A DNA stretch of 64,000 bases from a bacterium (GTDB lineage Bacteria > Hinthialibacterota > Hinthialibacteria > Hinthialibacterales > Hinthialibacteraceae): positions 1,578,992 through 1,642,991 of the forward strand of contig CAXXMV010000008.1 in the NCBI GenBank assembly GCA_963662285.2, written 5' to 3'. The translations under genes were made by a program, and so were the position numbers. How positions within the stretch are numbered: the stretch's first letter is position 1; each line of letters starts with the position of its first letter. This document shows positions 37,247 to 46,591 of this stretch, piece after piece. A model generated the notes under the pieces. That model was not told the DNA's origin and searched no databases. It saw only the letters and a program-made list of their open reading frames with translations.

Positions 37247-39271
37247 ATGAAACGTCTTTGGAAATTTCAAAAAGTTGCTGATCAAGCAATTCAGCAACTA
37301 AGCGCTCAAGGAGACATCTCCCCATTACTGGCGCAACTGCTTGCTATTCGAGGCATAGATACTGCCAGCGCCGCCCGTACATATCTCTTACCTAATGAAT
37401 ATGATATTCCAAGCCCTTTTCTTTTTAATGAGATGCAGCCAGCAGTAGAACGCATCCTGCAAGCCATAAAAAACAATCAACGCGTTCTGATTCATGGCGA
37501 TTATGATGCTGACGGCATTACAGCATCGTGCATTATGCTGCAAACCCTGAGCGCTTTGGGGCTGGAAGCGGAGTATTTTTTACCTGACCGTACGAAAGAT
37601 GGCTATGGTTTGCAGACTCAAACCATATTAGATAATGCCTCTTCATTTGATTTGTTGATTACGGTCGATTGTGGAACCTCTTCGGTTGAAGCGGTTAAAG
37701 CGGCCAACCATGCCGGTCTGGACGTCATTATTACCGATCACCACAGCCCCGGTGATGAACGTCCCCCTGCTCTAGCATTAATCAATCCCATCCAACATGG
37801 GGAGCAGTATCCCAGCAAAAACCTGGCTGGCGCCGGAGTAGCCTGGAAACTGGCTGCGGCATTGTTCGAAGCCCATTCCCGTTCAGGCGAAGAAGACTCG
37901 TTGCTTGATCTGGTGGCTTTAGGCACTGTGGCGGACGTAGTATCCATTGTCGGAGAAAACCGCACACTGTTAACCCACGCCTTTGAAAGATTCAAGTCTA
38001 TTAATCGTCCTGGTTTAACGGCATTGATGGACCTGGCCAAAGTTATCCCCTCCCGCATTGGAACACAGGAACTCGGCTTCCGTATCGGACCAAGGATCAA
38101 TGCCGCCGGGCGGATGGAGCATCCCCGGCTGGCTCTGGAACTGTTGTTGACCAACGACGAAATACATGCCAAAGAATTAGCGCAGTATCTAAGCCAACTG
38201 AATACCAAGCGCCAAAGCGTTGAAACTAAAATACTTAATGAGGCGGTTGCTTTTATTGAAAGCAAAGGTTTACAGGATCGATCCGGGCGCGTTCTGGTAG
38301 TGGCCGGAGAGGGATGGCATCTTGGCGTACTTGGCATAGTCGCCGCCCGTTTGGTGCAAAAATATCAAAGACCAACCTTTCTGCTCAGCCGGATCGAAGA
38401 CAAATACGTCGGTTCCGCCCGTAGCGTGGATGGCGTAAGTTTAATCCCTTTACTTGATGCGGCGCGTCCTCACTCCATATCCTGCGGGGGGCATGCCGGA
38501 GCGGCGGGAATGAAGGTAACTCCTGAGAATCTCGATGCTTTTATTAATTCAATTTATGACGCTGTTGATGATTTAGATTTTCACTCTGGGCCTTCCCCAC
38601 TGTTATTGGATGCTAAATTACCCCTGGAACAGATTGACGCCCCATTCATGAACGAAATGCAGCGCATGGAGCCATTTGGAGAAGGCAACCAAGAGCCGGT
38701 CTTCTATTCTCAAGCCAAAATCGGCGGCATGGGCGCCAGAATTGTCGGAAATAATCATTTAAGGCTTAGCCTTCAGCACCAAAGAGGTACAATTACCGCA
38801 ATTGGTTTCGGGCTGGGCGACAAACTGGAAACCCTGCAAAGAGGAGATGTGGAACTGGCTTTCTGCTGCCGTTGGAACGAATATAACGGGCGGCGCGATA
38901 TAGATTTACATCTCAAAGATGTTCGACCGGCCTCCAGCGCATCCGGCGGATCGCCTGCCAATATACCAGGCGGCGCATCTCCGGAAATGAGCATTAAAGA
39001 GCAAGTCTGGAACCGTGAACTGCTGGGCAAAATTTACAAATTATTAGAAAAGTCATGCAACGATCAAAGAATCATCATCCGTCAGAATACAGATGTGTTG
39101 GCTCAGATGGTTAAAATATCGCATGCCGATTTTGATAAAGCATTGACAATATTCGCAGAAATAGATTTGCTGACCATAAATGACGGAAACATAATCATTC
39201 ATGAAGCGCAGACGAAAAGCCGTCAACTAACCGATTCTAAAACATACCGTTTATTAACAGAGAAAAAATAG
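37247..39271 (+). CDS. recJ: Single-stranded-DNA exonuclease RecJ
   Basis: HGDYDADG, ITVDCG, IITDHH, LGTVADV, GPRINAAGR, GGHAGAAG, MEPFGEGN. Confidence 0.96.
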   Translation: MKRLWKFQKVADQAIQQLSAQGDISPLLAQLLAIRGIDTASAARTYLLPNEYDIPSPFLFNEMQPAVERILQAIKNNQRVLIHGDYDADGITASCIMLQTLSALGLEAEYFLPDRTKDGYGLQTQTILDNASSFDLLITVDCGTSSVEAVKAANHAGLDVIITDHHSPGDERPPALALINPIQHGEQYPSKNLAGAGVAWKLAAALFEAHSRSGEEDSLLDLVALGTVADVVSIVGENRTLLTHAFERFKSINRPGLTALMDLAKVIPSRIGTQELGFRIGPRINAAGRMEHPRLALELLLTNDEIHAKELAQYLSQLNTKRQSVETKILNEAVAFIESKGLQDRSGRVLVVAGEGWHLGVLGIVAARLVQKYQRPTFLLSRIEDKYVGSARSVDGVSLIPLLDAARPHSISCGGHAGAAGMKVTPENLDAFINSIYDAVDDLDFHSGPSPLLLDAKLPLEQIDAPFMNEMQRMEPFGEGNQEPVFYSQAKIGGMGARIVGNNHLRLSLQHQRGTITAIGFGLGDKLETLQRGDVELAFCCRWNEYNGRRDIDLHLKDVRPASSASGGSPANIPGGASPEMSIKEQVWNRELLGKIYKLLEKSCNDQRIIIRQNTDVLAQMVKISHADFDKALTIFAEIDLLTINDGNIIIHEAQTKSRQLTDSKTYRLLTEKK

Positions 39272-40044
39272 TGATTTTTGTACTTTTACCCGCTTATAAC
39301 GAAGCCGATAATATTTTCCCATTGCTCAAAACGATATCCGATGAGGCATCAAAGAAGTTCGGTGATAAATATGAGAACTGTTTTCCCGTTCATGCTGTTG
39401 TGGTTAATGATGGCAGCGATGACGATACGGGAAATGAGGCGCGGCGCTTCTCCGGACCGATACAGACCACTGTATTGGAGCATAGCCATAACCGGGGACT
39501 GGCGGCCGCTTTACGCACCGGCATAGATTTTATCCTCGATAAAGGCGGCGCAGATGACTGGATAGTCACTTTAGACGCCGATCAAACCCACCACCCGCGA
39601 TATATCTTTTCGCTGGTGGATAAACTTGAAGAAGGCTGCCAGATTGTAGTGGCTTCACGGTACGCTCCAGGAGGCAAGGAATACGGCGTGAGCCTATGGA
39701 GAAAGTTCCTAAGCCACGGCGCCAGAAGAACTTATCACCTTTTCTTCCCCGGTATTCCACTGCGTGACTTTTCATGCGGTTTTCGCGGATTCTCTTACAC
39801 ATCCCTGAAATCGGTCAGCGATATGTGGGGAGAACGCCTGATGGAAAGCCCCGGATTCGCCTGCACCGGCGAGTTGATGCTCAAATGCCTGGCCCATGTT
39901 GATCCAGACAAAATCGCCGAAATCCCCTTTGAACTGCACTACGAACAAAAAGGCGGCGCCAGCAAAATGCCAACCTTCAAAACCATCCTCGGAACGTTGC
40001 GCTTAATCTTCAAAGCTAATAAATGGCTGAATAGAACTGAATAG
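39271..40044 (+). CDS. GT2 glycosyltransferase (DPM1-like)
   Basis: LPAYNEA, VVNDGSDD, TLDAD, RDFSCGFR. Confidence 0.9.
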   Translation: MIFVLLPAYNEADNIFPLLKTISDEASKKFGDKYENCFPVHAVVVNDGSDDDTGNEARRFSGPIQTTVLEHSHNRGLAAALRTGIDFILDKGGADDWIVTLDADQTHHPRYIFSLVDKLEEGCQIVVASRYAPGGKEYGVSLWRKFLSHGARRTYHLFFPGIPLRDFSCGFRGFSYTSLKSVSDMWGERLMESPGFACTGELMLKCLAHVDPDKIAEIPFELHYEQKGGASKMPTFKTILGTLRLIFKANKWLNRTE

Positions 40045-40185
40045 ACATTAAGGCGTATTACCACTTTTTTAAATCAGTCAGAGAGGAATACAGCGTAGAT
40101 ACCTCTATTATAATCAAATACTATTCTTTATAATATTCACGTATAATAAACTACTTGTTGCGCAAAAAACCAGGAAAGTTACATA

Positions 40186-40374
40186 ATGAAAACCATATTA
40201 ACTACTGACATTTTATGCCAGGAAGCAAAGTTGTTTTCTAAAAAAGAGTCCATTCACGACGATAAGTTTTTATATGGAATAACCGATGGTAAAGCAGTCG
40301 GCACATATCTTGAGCATAAATTCCAGAAACATCTACATAAAAAATATGCATGTATCGACAGTTCCTATTCATGA
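40186..40374 (+). pseudogene. N-terminal fragment of a type II restriction endonuclease (NspV-like)
   Basis: LYGITDGKAVGTYLEHKF recalled from NspV-type enzymes; only 62 aa, ends against the neighbouring gene. Confidence 0.6.
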
Positions 40375-42257
40375 AGATACTTATCGACAAAATTGAGATA
40401 GGCTTCGGCGGCGGTGATTTGGTTGACTTTCTTCATGAATCCATGACCTTCGTCATCGAATACTAAATACTCGACTGGAATATTGTTTTTCCTCGCAGCC
40501 ACAACAATCTCGTCGCTTTCCACCTGCAGCACTCGAGGATCGTTCTTTCCTTGAGCTACTAACAAGGGTTTCTTTATATTGGCAGCATGGAAAAGAGGCG
40601 AGATGTTGCGTAGGCGCTCTTCCTCTTTGCTTGGATCTCCCAATTCCGCATACATGGACTCGCGATAGGCTGCCCACCAGGTAGGAATGCTGTTCAGTGT
40701 CCTTACCAAGTTTGTAATACCGCAGACATTGATCCCCAGATCGAAAGCGTCAGGTTCGAAAGTTAGCGCTGCGGAGACCATATACCCTCCATAGCTCTCT
40801 CCCATGATTCCGATATGCTTTGAATCAATCCAATCAAGAGATTCCAAATAGCGCCGACCGAATATGCAATCTTTCAGGTCTACATCGCCGTGTTTTTTAT
40901 CGTCCAAGTGAAAAAAGGTCTTTCCATATCCTGAACTTCCACGATTATTGACTGCTAACACTGCGTAACCGTGGTTTATTAAAAACTGTAACAGGGCATT
41001 GTACCCTTTTCGACTTTGTCCCCCCGGCCCACCGTGAACATACACTAATGCTGGCACTTTGTTTTCCTGTGATGACTGCTTTGGCTTGTATAAGATGGCT
41101 GGAATCTTCAGATCGTCGAAACTTGGATAACGGACTACTTTCGATAAAACCAGGTCGTCTTGGTTGATTTTGTCGCTCAACGAAGTTGTCAATCGACGGT
41201 AGGGCGCGTTATTCTGTAAATATAGAATATATAGGTTGGATGGAGATGTATCGCTATCAACATAAAATGCCATGTATTTGCCACTTCGTGAAATGGATAT
41301 ACCATGAATATCCCCTTCCGGGATATCAGGAAGTGGAACATTTTTTTTAGTTTTAGTGTCAAAAATGGTGACTTGTGTTTGTGCGTCAGCGTTTACTGCA
41401 GTAACCTGGTAGCGTCCGTTTCGAGAAAAATAACAATTCAAAATATCCCATTGCTCTTGTAATATCAACGTTTTTTTTCCACTGTTCAGATCGTATGCCC
41501 ATAAGCGATCAAATTCACTTCCTTCATTACTGGTGTAATAGAATTCCTTGCAGTCTGGAGTAAATGTCTGGATACCATGGCTGATATCACCTTTGTGCGG
41601 AGAGATGTATTTTGGTTCACTATTGGGTGACTGCACGTCGAATAGGTAGATATCGTTGTCTGCGTTGTTATGGATTTTTAGTAAAGCTATCCATCTTCCA
41701 TCTAGACTGATGGCTTCGGGACTATAACCATCATTGTTCTCAAAGATCATTTTTCGTTCAAATGTATCGATGCAGTATTCGTACAAGTCAAAGAATTTTG
41801 AATCACGTTCGTTGTTTGTGATCCAAAAGCGTTGATCGTCGCCCGCCCACCCCTCGAACATCGCCTTATTGTTTTCTCCAGGAGTCAAATCTATGGATGT
41901 TCCATCCAGCAGTTGAACGTAAATATGATTGAGTTCGTTTCCTCCCTTATCGGAAGTATATAGAAACCTGTCGTCGTTTGGAAACCATGCATGTCCCCAT
42001 TTATAGTCTTTATCGGATTGAGTTAATTGTACTGGTGGTCCACCGGCAATGGGTTGACTGTAGACGTTTATGACGCCACTTTTGTCAGTATTGATCAATA
42101 GGCGGGTTTCATCCGAGGAAAACGACGCCTCAAAAATGGAAATAGTGTTGAAGAAAGTATCAGCATCGTATTGTTTAACTTCAAGTGAATTCGCATTTAA
42201 TATGAGAATGACGGAACAGAAAGTGAAAATTGGAATGCGCATATTTCTCTTCTCCAT
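40365..42257 (-). CDS. S9 prolyl oligopeptidase/acylaminoacyl-peptidase family, secreted
   Basis: Beta-propeller, VHGGPGGQ, NNRGSSGYG, GESYGG nucleophile, GKNDPRV, DEGHG. Confidence 0.92.
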   Translation of the reverse strand: MEKRNMRIPIFTFCSVILILNANSLEVKQYDADTFFNTISIFEASFSSDETRLLINTDKSGVINVYSQPIAGGPPVQLTQSDKDYKWGHAWFPNDDRFLYTSDKGGNELNHIYVQLLDGTSIDLTPGENNKAMFEGWAGDDQRFWITNNERDSKFFDLYEYCIDTFERKMIFENNDGYSPEAISLDGRWIALLKIHNNADNDIYLFDVQSPNSEPKYISPHKGDISHGIQTFTPDCKEFYYTSNEGSEFDRLWAYDLNSGKKTLILQEQWDILNCYFSRNGRYQVTAVNADAQTQVTIFDTKTKKNVPLPDIPEGDIHGISISRSGKYMAFYVDSDTSPSNLYILYLQNNAPYRRLTTSLSDKINQDDLVLSKVVRYPSFDDLKIPAILYKPKQSSQENKVPALVYVHGGPGGQSRKGYNALLQFLINHGYAVLAVNNRGSSGYGKTFFHLDDKKHGDVDLKDCIFGRRYLESLDWIDSKHIGIMGESYGGYMVSAALTFEPDAFDLGINVCGITNLVRTLNSIPTWWAAYRESMYAELGDPSKEEERLRNISPLFHAANIKKPLLVAQGKNDPRVLQVESDEIVVAARKNNIPVEYLVFDDEGHGFMKKVNQITAAEAYLNFVDKYLHE

Positions 42258-42260
42258 TTA

Positions 42261-42382
42261 TGATGAATCGGCAAAAAGTAGATGAAAGACGAAACTCATT
42301 CTACATCTTGTATATAATTCTTATGAAAATACACTAAGTATTGTGGTCATGAAAATCAATTTAACTTTTTACCGTTTCGTCA
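42261..42382. mobile_element. MITE-like element, left copy
   Basis: Ends TGATGAATCGGCAAAAAGT / ACTTTTTACCGTTTCGTCA; aligns to reverse complement of 43920-44020. Confidence 0.65.
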
Positions 42383-42542
42383 TCAATATTTAGGGTGTCA
42401 ATATCAGCCGACGTTTAATTTTGATTTGACTTATGTATTAGAACTTATTGAATATTACAAACACTAAAAACTAAAATATAAGTAAATAATCTTATTTTAG
42501 CGATTTAGTGGTCTTATCGATATATAAAAGTTTTGTGGAAAT

Positions 42543-43658
42543 TCAATTTGTTGATTTCTTGATAAACGCTAAGTGAATAACTTTGCGTCCATCAACTTTT
42601 GTTTTAGGATTGTAAGTCAACAAAATATTTTTCAATTCAGATATATTTTTATATGCAAATTCATTTGTTGAAAACGTAATCTTAAGTTTTGAATGATCAT
42701 ATCCCATCATTTCAGATAATTCATGTAATCTTTGCCTGTAACTTTCAACAAAATCTTTACTATCGGTGCTTGTAATTGGTTTAGAAGCAGTAATCAGTTC
42801 GATAGGAATTAAATAAGTTAAATGGGTTGCATCAGAATTATAAAAGGATTCATTGATGCTTACAATCATTCGAGCAAAACATAAATTAAGCCATCCTCCA
42901 GCGAGAATGATTTTTTTAGTAAATTCTCTTTTGTTCGAGAAGTGGAACATCCCGCCGGTAGCAATATGAATATCTGAATTGCCTAGAGAATCTAATATAA
43001 TACCTTTAATGGGATTCCAAAATAGTGATTTTTCATCCACTGGTGCGTGTTCAATCAGATTAAGAGGATAGCCGGGAGCTTCAAAAAAAATGTGCTTATT
43101 TAGTTTCTCTTCATTCAAGAAAGGTATAAATGATTTACCTAATTCCTCATTCATGTACAAGTTATGAGGATGCACTAAAAGGAAATAGGGATATTTATCA
43201 TTAAGTGGAAATTTCTTTGATGGTAGTGGAAAAAAACTGAGTTCAATACTATGACTATCGCAAATGCTTATTTCCATAATTGCATTATCTTTTGATTTCA
43301 AATTGTCCTTTTGATTGATTATTTTCGCTTTCTGTTTCACTGCATAAGAATAATAAAACCAAGGATGTGGTTGTAACTGTTTTATTGCTTGCTCAGCAGA
43401 AGGAAGAACAATGTTTAACACTATATCGAAATCATCTATCTGAAAACTAGTAGACAAATTTTCATCCAATGACCAAATATCAAAGTATAACTTATCATTT
43501 TCAGTCCTAATTCTACTAATGCCCAAATTATTGATATTCTCTGCATACAGAGAGTCTATCTTTTTAATCTCTTGGTCAGTTAAAGAGAAGATATGAGAAT
43601 TAAAAAATATGTTTAATGTAGTGAAAATGGAGAGAATTAATATTCTATTGATTCTCAT
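42543..43658 (-). CDS. Hypothetical AT-rich secreted protein
   Basis: 371-aa ORF with signal-peptide-like N-terminus; no recognised family. Confidence 0.7.
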   Translation of the reverse strand: MRINRILILSIFTTLNIFFNSHIFSLTDQEIKKIDSLYAENINNLGISRIRTENDKLYFDIWSLDENLSTSFQIDDFDIVLNIVLPSAEQAIKQLQPHPWFYYSYAVKQKAKIINQKDNLKSKDNAIMEISICDSHSIELSFFPLPSKKFPLNDKYPYFLLVHPHNLYMNEELGKSFIPFLNEEKLNKHIFFEAPGYPLNLIEHAPVDEKSLFWNPIKGIILDSLGNSDIHIATGGMFHFSNKREFTKKIILAGGWLNLCFARMIVSINESFYNSDATHLTYLIPIELITASKPITSTDSKDFVESYRQRLHELSEMMGYDHSKLKITFSTNEFAYKNISELKNILLTYNPKTKVDGRKVIHLAFIKKSTN

Positions 43659-43919
43659 AATATTGTCTTTTCCTTTTTTCTACCTGAGATTTCTCACATA
43701 AGATGAGATTCGAAACTTTTTTCAGATGAATTGGTCGATTTTCCCATAATGTCCGGTTCTTGTCAACAATTATTTGATCAATGTTGATTAAATTCAAAAC
43801 ACGAATGTAGGGATTATTACTGCCAACAACTAATTTTCGAATCTATCTGAGAAATCCGGTTATTCACCAACAACAAGCCTAAACAGTTATCATTATTCAA
43901 TAACTAAAACTGATATTTA

Positions 43920-44020
43920 TGACGAAACGGAAAAAAATAAAAAAACAGATTCCATGACAACAGTACTTAGTGGATATTTATAAGAGTTTCATCTTTCATC
44001 CACTTTTTACCGACTCATCA
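43920..44020. mobile_element. MITE-like element, right copy (inverted)
   Basis: Ends TGACGAAACGGAAAAAAAT / ACTTTTTACCGACTCATCA. Confidence 0.65.
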
Positions 44021-44054
44021 TCAATCAATATATTTATGCCAATCGCTCAAGCAA

Positions 44055-44420
44055 TTATTTTTTAATAAGTAATCCGCTTTGCAAATCTTGCGGGCGGATC
44101 GGATGTTGATATTCCTTGCCCGTCTTCTTTGGTGGAGTGAACGATAAGACGGATTCAATATCTGGTTTAGCGACGGGTTTAGAACTGACTATTTTTTTGA
44201 GGTTTTCAATTTTTGCGATAGTTTTGTCTCCCTGTTTTGAAATGCTTTTGATGAATGTCATGCGGGTTTTTATGGAAGAGCAAAAGAATTTAAACAGTGT
44301 AATTGATGCGTGACTGTTGATATCAAAGGTTTTAGAGAGAACATCCGCGATTTTGGCAATGCAGTGTTCCAACGTTGAAAGAACTTTCCGGTCTAATTGG
44401 TTTGTTATTGCAGCGTCCAT
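44055..44420 (-). CDS. Hypothetical protein
   Basis: 121-aa ORF with AGGAGA RBS and upstream sigma54 motif. Confidence 0.6.
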   Translation of the reverse strand: MDAAITNQLDRKVLSTLEHCIAKIADVLSKTFDINSHASITLFKFFCSSIKTRMTFIKSISKQGDKTIAKIENLKKIVSSKPVAKPDIESVLSFTPPKKTGKEYQHPIRPQDLQSGLLIKK

Positions 44421-44467
44421 GATTTTTCTCCTTTTCCGAATTGGATATGCAGATACATACGTAATAT

Positions 44468-44486
44468 GGCAAGAATCATGCCAAAA
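44468..44486 (-). promoter_or_regulatory. Sigma54 (-24/-12) promoter
   Basis: Minus strand TTTTGGCATGATTCTTGCC = GG-N10-GC, ~48 nt before the 44420 start. Confidence 0.65.
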
Positions 44487-44692
44487 GATGAACGCCTGTT
44501 CAGTTTGGGGTGAATTTTGTCTGAATCTGGATTTGCAGGATATTTCGGATTATCAGGATTTAATATTATTCGTTGGCAACATGGATCAACAATCCACTAT
44601 TTATAATCCTGATAATTCTTGGTTTTAGATTGGCTGGTAAGCAGGTCTTCAAAATTCCAGAGAGATAATTTTCCTCTTTTATCTAGAATCAT

Positions 44693-44734
44693 CATCTCTT
44701 CTTCGGCTTCAGGGTGAAAGCGAATTGGTTTCAT
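44693..44734 (-). pseudogene. N-terminal remnant of RelE/ParE toxin
   Basis: MKPIRFHPEAEEEM starts at TAATG overlap with antitoxin stop, similarity then lost. Confidence 0.6.
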
Positions 44735-44961
44735 TATAATGACTTGGAGGCCTTGCTAAAAACTGCTTCCGCATCCCGGAGTTGGGTCAATCCTTGATCA
44801 ATTTCCTCGCAACGTTTGCGAATCGTGGCTTTCCACTCGGGTGATAATGATTTTGAGGGTTCGACATCAAGGCTCTCGATCAGTTTTTCAGCGATAAAGG
44901 CGCGCATGGCGGGAGGTAACTCGAGCGCATCCAAAACGATCTTTTCGGCATCTGCGTTCAT
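44734..44961 (-). CDS. Addiction-module antitoxin (TIGR02574-like)
   Basis: ALELPPAMRAFIAEKLIESL...EWKATIRKRCEEIDQG. Confidence 0.85.
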   Translation of the reverse strand: MNADAEKIVLDALELPPAMRAFIAEKLIESLDVEPSKSLSPEWKATIRKRCEEIDQGLTQLRDAEAVFSKASKSL

Positions 44962-45168
44962 TGGATTGATTCATCTCCTTGTCGTTTGAGAGTTGATTTT
45001 TCTGGTTCATATTATAGCATATAGCGGTTAACAAAAATATATGCGTATTGAAAACTCTGTATTTGTTAAAAGTCCCATCTTTTGGGGACTTTTAACAACC
45101 GCATCAACGCACGTTATTCTGAGAATCGCTCTAGAATAAGCATCTTATTTCCTTAACCAAAAGTGGCT

Positions 45169-45203
45169 TTGGTGGGCTACGCTTCGCTTTTAGCCCACCC
45201 TAC
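45169..45203. repeat. GTAG-type REP (family C)
   Basis: TTGGTGGGCTACGCTTCGCTTTTAGCCCACCCTAC, identical to 45631-45665. Confidence 0.85.
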
Positions 45204-45214
45204 CCGGTGCATCA

Positions 45215-45520
45215 TCAAGCCTGCTTTGCTTCATCTTTATTGGTGTAAATGAAATAGAGGTTGCGGAAGTAGATCAGGCAATTGAAGAGGTAACCGAAGA
45301 TGAAGACCGGGTCGGCGCGGTGGATGGCGTAGGCCAGGGTCAGCAGGCATCCAATGATACTGAGATACCAGAAGGCGATGGGGATTATGCTTTTCTTGGC
45401 AATCTCGCTGGCGATCCATTGCACAATAAAGCGGGATGCAAAGACCGCTTGCCCCAGAAAACCTATCGCCATCCAAATGGTGAAGCCCTGTGATAATATC
45501 TCGTTCCATTTGTCCGCCAT
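45215..45520 (-). CDS. Lipid-A-disaccharide synthase N-terminal (LAB_N) domain membrane protein
   Basis: GFLGQAVFASRFIVQWIASE..KSIIPIAFWYLS..YAIHRADPVFI..IYFRNL. Confidence 0.9.
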   Translation of the reverse strand: MADKWNEILSQGFTIWMAIGFLGQAVFASRFIVQWIASEIAKKSIIPIAFWYLSIIGCLLTLAYAIHRADPVFIFGYLFNCLIYFRNLYFIYTNKDEAKQA

Positions 45521-45630
45521 GATTTATATCAACCTTTATATACGTTTTTGTCTATATTAGAATCGTCTTCAACCTATGATGGCTTTGCAAGATAATGGAT
45601 CAAGGGTTTTAGGATAGACGTTGATGAATC

Positions 45631-45665
45631 TTGGTGGGCTACGCTTCGCTTTTAGCCCACCCTAC
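45631..45665. repeat. GTAG-type REP (family C)
   Basis: Identical 35-mer to 45169-45203, same orientation. Confidence 0.85.
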
Positions 45666-45688
45666 GCACTACATTCTGGAGATTAATT

Positions 45689-46360
45689 ATGGAAGAGAAG
45701 AATTTCTTCTCAACGTTAAATGATCGCACCCTTAAAATTCTAAATAAACGCCCGGTTTTATGCCATACTCTTTTAGTTCCTGCTTGCCTGCTATTCTTCG
45801 TAACCCTGGTTGCTTATGATGCGCCTCCCCTCGGATATCCTGTCTTCACCTCTTTTATCTATATGGGAAATTCTCTGCCAGAATCTTTATTGAGAGAATT
45901 TTTTAGGTTTCTTCAATTATTCACCGCACGGTTCATTCCACCATCAGGAATGGCGTCGTATCAATTTATTTGTCATGGCGTTCCAAATTTATTCATGTTT
46001 TTGTCAATTTTGATTCCTCAATTGTTGCTTTGGGCGTATCGTACAAGAAGAAAAATACTTGCGCTCTTTATTCTTGCCATAGTTGTACTCGATATTACGG
46101 TCATATACGCCAATGGTTATTATTCAGTAGTGTGTTTTAATTGCGTCATGAAATTGGCAGGAAACCAAACTATATCTGAAGAGGAACTATACCTGCAATG
46201 CGGCCGTCCTTTATACACCACGCAAGTTATATTGAATAATGAGGAAAGAACTAAAGAGGTATGGGGATACTATACCAATGGCTTTTCGGCGAAGCATGTT
46301 GTGTATAAAGATGACGGGATGGTCTTTGTAATTGGTCCAACATATCTATGGTTGGATTGA
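45689..46360 (+). CDS. Hypothetical membrane protein
   Basis: GGAG RBS, several TM segments, C-terminal L..CGRP....EVWGY (SmpA-like) motif. Confidence 0.65.
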   Translation: MEEKNFFSTLNDRTLKILNKRPVLCHTLLVPACLLFFVTLVAYDAPPLGYPVFTSFIYMGNSLPESLLREFFRFLQLFTARFIPPSGMASYQFICHGVPNLFMFLSILIPQLLLWAYRTRRKILALFILAIVVLDITVIYANGYYSVVCFNCVMKLAGNQTISEEELYLQCGRPLYTTQVILNNEERTKEVWGYYTNGFSAKHVVYKDDGMVFVIGPTYLWLD

Positions 46361-46386
46361 TGGATTTTGATTGGTTAAGGTTTTTT

Positions 46387-46589
46387 GCAAACAACCCCCT
46401 CTTGAATTCTCCCCCAAGCTTGGGGGAGAGGGATTTTGAGATATAACCAGTTATATTGTTTTGGCTTAGTATACAAAATACTGTGTTCAAACATTCCTCT
46501 CCCAGGATTGGGAGAGGTTAGGAGAGGGTTGATAATAACAACCCTCGCAGAGGAATCACTGGCGATATTAGAGTCACCTCTAGGGTGAA
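46387..46589. repeat. ~200-bp MITE-like repeat (family E), copy 2
   Basis: Collinear with 31841-32041 including spacer and CACCT..AGGGTGAA end. Confidence 0.75.
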
Positions 46590-46591
46590 AA

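Noticed and set aside
45064-45097. Hairpin TGTTAAAAGTCCC...GGGACTTTTAACA as a mobile-element end
   Set aside because: Single copy; more simply a terminator for the LAB_N gene.
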